In this document: one piece after another, positions 20,293-27,001 of the stretch | Layout: the number at the start of each line of letters is the position of its first letter | Position numbering within the stretch: the first letter of the stretch is position 1 | Source of the DNA: Bdellovibrionales bacterium | GTDB lineage: Bacteria; Bdellovibrionota; Bdellovibrionia; Bdellovibrionales; UBA1609 | NCBI GenBank assembly: GCA_965247685.1 | Contig: OZ252021.1 | Coordinates: 1,140,001-1,172,000 of the forward strand | Direction: 5' to 3' | DNA: 32,000 nt | Notes under the pieces: model-generated | What the model was told of the DNA's origin: nothing | What the model saw: the letters and a program-made list of their open reading frames with translations, nothing else | The model's database searches: none | Translations under genes and position numbers: made by a program

Positions 20293-20922
20293 TTATTTTC
20301 TAATTTGTATTTCTTGAGCGGTTTGAATCCATAAATCGAATACTTTCTTTAATGAAATTTGAGGATGATAATCAGAAACTTTATCATGAGGGCGATGAGT
20401 AGTTCCACAGCTGCGGATATAAGAGAATAGCTCCATATCGTTACAAATATTTAAAGATAAACCATGTTGACTAATACCTTGAGTGACATGAATACCGAAG
20501 AATGCTATTTTTCCTTTAGAAGTAAAGAGTCCTGCCTGATCTTCTTCTTTATGGGTTTCAATATTCAGTTTTTTTAAAGTACCTTGAGTGACTGTTTCTA
20601 CAAATTGAATAAAGTCTCGTACTCTCATTTTATTTTTTTTAATATCAATAATAGGATAAATCACCAACTGGCCAAGAGAATGAAGTGTTGCTTGTCCTCC
20701 TCTTTGTATATTAATAATAGGAATATTTTTTTTCTGATATTCTTTTTCATTGAGCAGTAAATCTTCTTTTGTTCCTCGAAGACCTAAAGTGATTGTTGTA
20801 GGGCATTCAAAGCCTAAAGCAAAATTTTCAGGCTTTTGCAGACAAGAATTTTTAAGCTCCTCTTGAGTTTGAAGACTTTCTAAATAAGGGATTTTATTTT
20901 TCCATAGAGGGGTAAAATGCAT
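20293..20922 (-). CDS. lipB: Octanoyltransferase (lipoyl(octanoyl) transferase)
   Basis: RGGQATLHSLGQLVIYP, GKIAFFGIHV and HGLSLN motifs. The start overlaps the stop of the upstream gene (TAATG). Confidence 0.88.
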   Translation of the reverse strand: MHFTPLWKNKIPYLESLQTQEELKNSCLQKPENFALGFECPTTITLGLRGTKEDLLLNEKEYQKKNIPIINIQRGGQATLHSLGQLVIYPIIDIKKNKMRVRDFIQFVETVTQGTLKKLNIETHKEEDQAGLFTSKGKIAFFGIHVTQGISQHGLSLNICNDMELFSYIRSCGTTHRPHDKVSDYHPQISLKKVFDLWIQTAQEIQIRK

Positions 20923-22067
20923 TATTTTTTCTTAGTTTGAATGATAATATAATTTTCAGATTTTAAATAAGGAGAGAATTTAAAGTCTAAAAATTTCCAA
21001 TTCTTAATCTTATTCAGAACTTCTTGATCTGTGCCTTCTACGTCTGCCTTATATCTCTCTTTTTGTGCAGAGATATAGTGAGTTTTTAAGTTTTTAATGT
21101 TTGGAATATCTTTAATTAAGGCTTTTCGAATATGATCTCTCTCTAAATATGTTAAATTTCCAGAAATCTCTATATTAAATAATTGTGTGGATAAAGATCC
21201 TGTTTCGTATATATCTTTAATTTGCAGAATAAAATTTTTAGCCCAATAACTAGAACGTTGACTAAGTCGTGACCAAGATTTTTTTTGCAACTCAATTCTA
21301 GATTTATAAGAATCTAATTTTCTAAGATGTGGTGTACTATATAAAGTTAAATTCCATACAGATTGATACTGTTGATCAGAAAGTGAAGTGATTTTAATTT
21401 TACCTAGTATGAAGAATTGAGCCTCAAAATGTTGAGCAATTTTTTGAGCTTTTTTAGGATTGATATAATAAGCATTGAGCTCTTTAGGAAGATGATGAGC
21501 ATATTGACTGAATAAAGGATCGATTAAGAAGAAACCATTTTGTATAAATAATTTTTGAATAGGGGAGTAAAAATCTTGAATGTGAACCGAAGTGGACTGC
21601 TCAGAAGCACTTGGAGTCCACCATGCATTTTTATTGTCTTCTTCGATAAATTGAATCAATGGAAGAATTCTATGAGCTCCCTGATTGGCATAATAGATAC
21701 CTTCTTGAATTAAAACATCTTTCAATGTGTCTTTAGAATATTTAATGAAGATTGAATATATGAATTTTTGAACTTCATTGTCAGAATCTTGATTCTGTTC
21801 TTGCTCCTTTTTATCCAGTATTTTTGTTAATAAAATAAAATTTTTGGTTTTAGGTAAAATCTTTTTCTCAATAGAAGTTTTTATTTTTTCTGTATTAGCT
21901 TCTCCTAGAATTTCTGTTATAAGTGTTTGAGTGAACTCATCTTCAGCTTCTTTTAAAATAGATTGAACCTGAAAGCTTTCACTCACAAGCTCAATAGTTG
22001 TTTCTTCTATTTGAGCCTGAGCCCATCCTAAAAAGAAGAGTCCAAAAAGAAAAGAAATATGTTTCAT
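20922..22067 (-). CDS. Hypothetical secreted protein
   Basis: 381-aa ORF with signal peptide MKHISFLFGLFFLGWAQAQ. No motif recognised. Translationally coupled to lipB. Confidence 0.5.
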   Translation of the reverse strand: MKHISFLFGLFFLGWAQAQIEETTIELVSESFQVQSILKEAEDEFTQTLITEILGEANTEKIKTSIEKKILPKTKNFILLTKILDKKEQEQNQDSDNEVQKFIYSIFIKYSKDTLKDVLIQEGIYYANQGAHRILPLIQFIEEDNKNAWWTPSASEQSTSVHIQDFYSPIQKLFIQNGFFLIDPLFSQYAHHLPKELNAYYINPKKAQKIAQHFEAQFFILGKIKITSLSDQQYQSVWNLTLYSTPHLRKLDSYKSRIELQKKSWSRLSQRSSYWAKNFILQIKDIYETGSLSTQLFNIEISGNLTYLERDHIRKALIKDIPNIKNLKTHYISAQKERYKADVEGTDQEVLNKIKNWKFLDFKFSPYLKSENYIIIQTKKK

Positions 22068-22178
22068 TTATAACCCTTTAAAATAACTAAGTATTTTCAA
22101 AGGCTATTTTTTTATAATGAAAATTATTAGTCAATGAAAATAACTATTTATTTAGACTCAAAAATCGAGTAATTTAAC

Positions 22179-22184
22179 TATAAT
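22179..22184 (+). promoter_or_regulatory. Possible -10 box (TATAAT) for tRNA-Val
   Basis: Perfect TATAAT 5 nt upstream of the mature tRNA 5' end. No good -35 at 17-bp spacing. Confidence 0.25.
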
Positions 22185-22189
22185 TTCAA

Positions 22190-22263
22190 TGGGACATAGC
22201 TCAGTTGGTTAGAGTGCTACCTTGACATGGTAGAGGTCGGCGGTTCGAGTCCGCCTGTCCCAA
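22190..22263 (+). tRNA. tRNA-Val (anticodon GAC), CCA not encoded
   Basis: Folded by hand. Acceptor TGGGACA/TGTCCCA, U8, D-stem GCTC/GAGT, and anticodon stem CTACC/GGTAG with loop TTGACAT. T-stem GGCGG/CCGCC with loop TTCGAGT; discriminator A. Confidence 0.9.
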
Positions 22264-22304
22264 TACGTTGTAAAAGGGAGCAATTTTATTGATTCTACAG
22301 GACT

Positions 22305-22370
22305 ACTCGATAAGCTACGGCGAGTGCTTTCGTTTATCTCCGATCGGCGGTTCGAGTTCGCCTTCTGTCA
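22305..22370 (+). pseudogene. Decayed tRNA copy (tRNA-Val-like remnant with an intact T-arm)
   Basis: 22344-22369 tcggcggttcgagtTcgcct[tc]tgtc matches tRNA-Val 22237-22259 tcggcggttcgagtCcgcctgtc. Upstream ataagcta-cgg-c-gagtgct resembles the D-arm region atagctcagttggttagagtgct. The anticodon arm and the 5' acceptor strand are not conserved, so it cannot fold. Confidence 0.5.
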
Positions 22371-23835
22371 AAATTTCTTTCAAAAAACCATAACAAGCGA
22401 CAAGCAGTAAAATCGTAAAAGGAAAAGCTGTAATGATAACCAAAAGTTCTAAAGATCGAAGACCGCCAGATAGAAGTAAAATAATAGCAAGCACTCCTTC
22501 TAAAAGGGCCCAATAGGTTTTTCCCATTTGAGTCACTCTCTTTGAAGATATATGATGAATGACATAAGAAGCAGAATCTGAAGATGTGATAAAAAATAAA
22601 GCTACAGTAATAATTCCAATAATCGAAGATATTTTAGCAAAGGGAAAAGCTTCCAAAAATTTAAATAATGTCAGAGTATACTCCGATTTTAATAAAGAGC
22701 TAAGATCTATTAAACCGTTCATCTGATAGTAAATGGCAGTACCGCCAAACACTGTAAACCATAAAAAAGAAATCGTACTTGGAATCAAGATTGTTCCTAT
22801 AATAAAAGTTCGTAAAGTTCGTCCTTCAGAAATTTTTGCAATAAATATACCAACAAAAGGAGACCATGCAAACCACCAAGCCCAATAGAGTATAGTCCAT
22901 TGAGATCTCCACTCCGAAGATCCTAAAGAGCGAATCTGCGTTAAATTGGAAACTAGATTTTGTAAGTATGCTCCAGATTGTTCTACAAAAGAATTAAATA
23001 TATGAATAGTAGGTCCTAAGGATAGAATGAAGATTAATAGAGCAAAACAAAAAATAATATTAACTTCACTCAGTCTTCGAATACCTTTGTTGAGACCCGA
23101 TAATACAGAAATGGTTGCGAATGCTGTAATTCCACAAATAATAGATATTTGTTGAATTTGCTCAGAAATAGGGAAGTGAAATATGTAACGTACTCCAGAA
23201 GATATTTGTAAGGCTCCTCTTCCTAGGGAACATGCCACTCCAAACAAAATAGCAACAACAGCAAAAATATCAATCATATAACCTAAAGGGCCTTTTATTT
23301 TATCTTTAAAAATAGGGTAAAGCATATAAGATAAGCGAAAGGGGAGTTTTTTATAAAGACAAAAGTAAGCAAACATCATCCCCATAGAAGCGTAGATGAT
23401 CCATCCTGAAAAACCCCAATGAAGAAAGGTCAATTGGTAAGAAAGATTAAAAGCCTCTTCAGTCAAACCTTTCCCCGTCGGAGGATAAATATAGTGGTGA
23501 AGAGGTTCATATACTGCAGAAAATAAAAGCCCTGTTCCCATGCCTGCACTAAACAACATAGAGATCCAAGTGAAGTTATTATATCGAGGTTTAGAAATAG
23601 CTCCTAATCTAATGTTTCCATGTCGGCTAAAAATAAGATATAGACAAAGAGAAAATAATAAAAAAATAGCGAGTATATAAAACCAAGAAATATTGATGAC
23701 GAATATACCTTGAATCCAAGATAAGGTTTTAAATAGAATCTTTGGAAAAAAGATAGATAAGCTTAAAATAAAAAAAACAAATAAAGAGCTTCCAATACTT
23801 ATCGGATTGAGAAAATTATTTTTACTATCATTCAT
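22315..23835 (-). CDS. BCCT-family (betaine/carnitine/choline) transporter
   Basis: Twelve-TM-type hydrophobic profile and the BCCT signature WTILYWAWWFAWSPFVGIFIAKISEGRTLRTF. Confidence 0.9.
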   Translation of the reverse strand: MNDSKNNFLNPISIGSSLFVFFILSLSIFFPKILFKTLSWIQGIFVINISWFYILAIFLLFSLCLYLIFSRHGNIRLGAISKPRYNNFTWISMLFSAGMGTGLLFSAVYEPLHHYIYPPTGKGLTEEAFNLSYQLTFLHWGFSGWIIYASMGMMFAYFCLYKKLPFRLSYMLYPIFKDKIKGPLGYMIDIFAVVAILFGVACSLGRGALQISSGVRYIFHFPISEQIQQISIICGITAFATISVLSGLNKGIRRLSEVNIIFCFALLIFILSLGPTIHIFNSFVEQSGAYLQNLVSNLTQIRSLGSSEWRSQWTILYWAWWFAWSPFVGIFIAKISEGRTLRTFIIGTILIPSTISFLWFTVFGGTAIYYQMNGLIDLSSLLKSEYTLTLFKFLEAFPFAKISSIIGIITVALFFITSSDSASYVIHHISSKRVTQMGKTYWALLEGVLAIILLLSGGLRSLELLVIITAFPFTILLLVACYGFLKEILTEGELEPPIGDKRKHSP

Positions 23836-23853
23836 GAGAAAATAAAAGGGAGT

Positions 23854-24159
23854 TTACCAACTCGCCTTTGTGACTCCAGGTAAGAATCCTTGGTGTGCCA
23901 TTTCTCGAACGGCAATACGGGACAGTCCAAAATGTCTCAGATGACCTCGTGGACGTCCTGTCATCTGGCAGCGACGAACAACTCGAGTGAGGCATGTGGA
24001 CTTAGGTAATTTTTGAAGCTTTAAAAAAGCGTCTTGCCGTTCGTCATCAGAAAGTTTCGTATTAATAGATGTTTTTCTAAGCTGGCGTCGAATACTCAAA
24101 AATTTCATAGATTTTTGAAGCTTTTTATCATTTTTAACTATAGAGCTTTTTTTTGCCAC
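23854..24159 (-). CDS. rpsN: 30S ribosomal protein S14 (long, 101-aa form)
   Basis: Collinear with E. coli-type S14: [43 protein letters not shown] start. It is not embedded in an spc-type ribosomal operon. Confidence 0.9.
   Translation of the reverse strand: MAKKSSIVKNDKKLQKSMKFLSIRRQLRKTSINTKLSDDERQDAFLKLQKLPKSTCLTRVVRRCQMTGRPRGHLRHFGLSRIAVREMAHQGFLPGVTKASW
24134..24152. repeat. 19-bp direct repeat, copy 1 (inside rpsN codons 2-8)
   Basis: ttaactatagagctttttt is identical to 24508-24526. Confidence 0.85.
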
Positions 24160-24190
24160 TTATTTCGCCTTTTTTAAACAGTTTTTTCAC

Positions 24191-24220
24191 TATTAAGCGT
24201 ATTAGGGGTTATAAAGTCAA
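24191..24220 (-). promoter_or_regulatory. Candidate sigma70-type promoter for rpsN
   Basis: Read on the minus strand: TTGACT (24220..24215), an 18-nt spacer, then TTAATA (24196..24191), about 30 nt upstream of the GTG. Confidence 0.3.
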
Positions 24221-24507
24221 GCAGAATTCTTGTAATGGATTGTAAATTGTACAGCTAAGAACCAAAAATATATTCATATTTTTTTATATCAAAGCAAAAA
24301 ATTGAAGATTTCTTTTGAATATAGTGGCAACTAGTGAAGAGGTTTATAGTATGCAGAATCCTATAGCTTTGCCTGAGTTTTTCTTATTTGAGAAGAAGAG
24401 AAAATTTTTTCAAAAAATTATTAGTCCTCGCGTATAGGATAGATTGGAGTGGAAAAATAACATCAAAAATCTCATCAATCTCGAATCAGAAAAAATAATT
24501 TATATTC

Positions 24508-24526
24508 TTAACTATAGAGCTTTTTT
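24508..24526. repeat. 19-bp direct repeat, copy 2 (intergenic, about 350 bp upstream of the rpsN start)
   Basis: ttaactatagagctttttt is identical to 24134-24152. Confidence 0.85.
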
Positions 24527-24650
24527 AACTATAAAATATTTCATCTAAGTGCCATTAAATATACTGAAATTAAGGGATTGCTATTAACAAGAGTGAATAA
24601 CTGTCGAATTACTTGTCACATTAACAATTATCAAGTAGGGTCATTTTCTA

Positions 24651-25940
24651 ATGAAGAAAATTATTAAAGTTTTAATTATCTTTTCTATTTTATTTTCACA
24701 AAATCACATCTTTGCTAAATCTTTTTACGATGAATCTGTTCCTCTGTCAGAAGTCAAAAAACATGCTTATGATTCACTTATGTTAAGAAAAAGAATATCT
24801 GATGGTGATGATCGTCATTGGGGAGGCGACATACCTGCAAGTTTTACTCGGAAAGGGTACAAATATGACCTTCCGTTATTGTCTTCACCAAGAGTTGTTG
24901 ATGTAAATGAATTTGATGTTTTAGGATTTTTTGAAGTTTGGGATACCGAGTTTGATCTTCATTTTGACAAAGATTTATATAGAAAGATCGATTTTGAAAA
25001 ATTATATATATTATCCAAGCAAGGAGATCACACATCCCGAGATTTTTTATTGGGTAGTTTTTCTTTAGAAATTGTTGCCCATCTAATGAACAATGATGTG
25101 AGATTTAATAATGGATATAAAAATCCATTGCCTAAATTTAGTGAATACAATCATTTTGTCGTTGAAATTGTTCGACATGTATATAATAATTGGATTACAT
25201 CTACAACATATTCATACTTTCTTAGAAGATTTTATATACATTTGTATCAAAGTAATATGTTAGGGTCAGACACCAGCGAATTATTAGAAAAATTTGACAC
25301 TAATTGTTGTGATCAGCAGCATTGGTTTGAAGGAAATACTCAAGGATTAAAGTCAATTTCTTCTATGGATGCAGATAACGGCTGGATAAACCCTTTTGAC
25401 TGGTTTGGTTTTCATGAACAAGAAACAATAGACGAAGAAATTATTATACAGGATATAGTAAAGAAAATTCATATTTTACATGAGAATAAAGATAGTGTGC
25501 TCCGAGAGCTTAAATGGAAGGAAAGTACAGCTGCTTGGGAAGCAATGGCAGGAGTCGCAGTTATTGCAACAGCTATTGCTGGAGGAATTATTGTTGGAGG
25601 AATTTTTGTTCCAGAAATTATAGCAGGAATAAGTTCACTTCCAATTGGCCTAACAACCACTTGGAGCGAACTTTTTGGGTTTTATGTAACAGGACAAGGT
25701 GTTACTATTGCTATGAACCCAGGAGTTGTTATCGGTCTTGTTAGTTTATGTGCGACAGGTGTCGCTATGGTAATGAATGAATGCAAGAGTCAAAAAAGAG
25801 AAAAACAAGAAGAAGAGAAGCACAAAGAAACAAAAAAATGGCAAAAAGAAGTGAAAGAGGGGCAAAGACAAGCAAGCGAGGAGCGAAGGCAAATACAAGA
25901 AAATCAAAAAAAACATGAACAAAAGCATTATAAGAAGTAA
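24651..25940 (+). CDS. Orphan secreted/membrane protein: signal peptide, about 270-aa unknown domain, Gly-zipper hydrophobic region, K/E/Q-rich tail
   Basis: Signal peptide MKKIIKVLIIFSILFSQNHIFAKS. Hydrophobic Gly/Ala-rich block AMAGVAVIATAIAGGIIVGGIFVPEIIAGISS ... GVVIGLVSLCATGVAMVM (about 25530-25785). The charged tail WQKEVKEGQRQASEERRQIQENQKKHEQKHYKK is shared with the downstream small ORFs. Confidence 0.6.
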   Translation: MKKIIKVLIIFSILFSQNHIFAKSFYDESVPLSEVKKHAYDSLMLRKRISDGDDRHWGGDIPASFTRKGYKYDLPLLSSPRVVDVNEFDVLGFFEVWDTEFDLHFDKDLYRKIDFEKLYILSKQGDHTSRDFLLGSFSLEIVAHLMNNDVRFNNGYKNPLPKFSEYNHFVVEIVRHVYNNWITSTTYSYFLRRFYIHLYQSNMLGSDTSELLEKFDTNCCDQQHWFEGNTQGLKSISSMDADNGWINPFDWFGFHEQETIDEEIIIQDIVKKIHILHENKDSVLRELKWKESTAAWEAMAGVAVIATAIAGGIIVGGIFVPEIIAGISSLPIGLTTTWSELFGFYVTGQGVTIAMNPGVVIGLVSLCATGVAMVMNECKSQKREKQEEEKHKETKKWQKEVKEGQRQASEERRQIQENQKKHEQKHYKK

Positions 25941-26194
25941 TGAGAAGTGGGAAAATGTTAAAGAAAGATAAAAAAAATCAAGTGTTATATGGCTTCTGTA
26001 TTTTTATTGTTTCAATTTATTTTATTCATTCTTATTATATTTTTCGAAGTAATGAAAATCGATCAGCAAAGATGCATAAAGAAGTAATGGAGTGGCAAAA
26101 AGAAGTGAAAGAGGGGCAAAGACAAGCAAGCGAGGAGCGAAGACAAATACTAGAAAATCAAAAAAAACATGAACAAAAGCATCATAAGAAGTAA
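25940..26194 (+). CDS. Small single-pass membrane protein, paralogue 1
   Basis: 84-aa ORF. Lys-rich N-terminus, TM VLYGFCIFIVSIYFIHSYYIF, then a charged helical tail. TAATG overlap with the upstream stop. An internal ATG at 25955 (MLKKDKKNQ) matches the start of paralogue 3. Confidence 0.55.
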   Translation: MRSGKMLKKDKKNQVLYGFCIFIVSIYFIHSYYIFRSNENRSAKMHKEVMEWQKEVKEGQRQASEERRQILENQKKHEQKHHKK

Positions 26195-26430
26195 TGAGAA
26201 GTGGAAAAATGTTAAAGAAAGATAAAAAAAATCAAGTGTTATATGGCTTCTGTATTTTTATTGTTTCAATTTATTTTATTCATTCTTATTATATTTTTCG
26301 AAGTAATGAAAATCGATCAGCAGAGATGCATAAAGAAGTAATGGAGTGGCAAAAAGAAGCAAAAGAGGAGCGAAGACAAATACTAAAAAATCAAAAAAAT
26401 CATGAGCAAATGCATCGTAAAATTAATTAA
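26194..26430 (+). CDS. Small single-pass membrane protein, paralogue 2
   Basis: 78 aa, near-identical to paralogue 1 through the TM. The tail lacks GQRQASE and diverges at the end. TAATG overlap with paralogue 1. Confidence 0.55.
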   Translation: MRSGKMLKKDKKNQVLYGFCIFIVSIYFIHSYYIFRSNENRSAEMHKEVMEWQKEAKEERRQILKNQKNHEQMHRKIN

Positions 26431-26439
26431 GAGATAAAA

Positions 26440-26673
26440 ATGTTAAAGAAAGATAAAATAAATCAAATATTGCTTAGTTTATTAATTTTTATTATGTCAG
26501 TGTATGTTGTTTATTCTTATAATGTTCGATTAACAACAGAGAGGCAGATAGATGAGCATTTGAGACAAATAAAAGAGGAGCAAAAAAAGGGAAGTGAGGA
26601 TCTCAAACAAATAAAAGAGGAGCTGCAAAAGAGAAATAAGGATCTCAAACAAATAAGAGAAAATCAAAAATAA
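26440..26673 (+). CDS. Small single-pass membrane protein, divergent paralogue 3
   Basis: MLKKDKINQILLSLLIFIMSVYVVYSY has the same architecture. Its tail contains its own internal repeat (DLKQIKEE / DLKQIREN). Confidence 0.5.
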   Translation: MLKKDKINQILLSLLIFIMSVYVVYSYNVRLTTERQIDEHLRQIKEEQKKGSEDLKQIKEELQKRNKDLKQIRENQK

Positions 26674-27001
26674 ATAATAGAAAATAAAAATCATAAAATT
26701 AATTTCTTATAAAGTTTTTATTAATTAGTTTTTGACTTTCCTTTAAAAAATAAAGAATTGATAAATCCTTAAAATACCTCCAATAAGAAATCCTTTTTCA
26801 GGAAGGGCAGAATAAGAGAATACCTTCTCCCACAAACATATAATCACAATGTAACATAATATAACTTATCAGATCATTAGGTATATATCAGATTTAGCTC
26901 AAGTTTTAAGGGTTTAGGTTATTAGTGAGTTTTGTGTATCATATAAATCACGAAATTTAAAAAAGGACTTATAATTTGAATACAATAGAATCCATTCCAT
27001 T

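Larger units (their letters stand above)
25839..26430 (+). repeat. Tandem DNA repeat with a 254-bp unit: partial copy 25839-25939, full copy 25940-26193, full copy with a 21-bp in-frame deletion 26194-26430
   Basis: By-eye alignment. The first ~166 nt of the two full units differ at 2 positions. The 101-bp partial copy, which forms the 3' end of the 429-aa gene, differs from 26093-26193 at about 4 positions. Confidence 0.9.

Noticed and set aside
24351-24437. 28-aa ORF (MQNPIALPEFFLFEKKRKFFQKIISPRV) with an AGAGG SD 8 nt upstream, in the rpsN upstream spacer
   Set aside because: It is too short, has no recognisable features, and such ORFs arise by chance. It would need ribosome profiling or conservation evidence.
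24844-25928. Alternative-frame and antisense ORFs in the 429-aa gene (24844-25035, 25469-25660, 25514-25744, 25746-25928)
   Set aside because: Their repetitive products (for example RNYCWRNFCSRNY) are a by-product of the Gly/Ala-rich and K/E-rich coding repeats in the main frame.
25970-26170. A7-A8 homopolymer tracts in the small ORFs as possible phase-variation switches
   Set aside because: Tracts of this length are frequent throughout this A+T-rich window, including housekeeping genes, so there is no specific evidence for slippage control.
25839-26673. Considered whether the repeats could be a CRISPR array or a satellite
   Set aside because: The unit is 254 bp, lies entirely in frame with the small ORFs and has no short repeat/spacer alternation. 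It is a gene duplication, not a CRISPR array.
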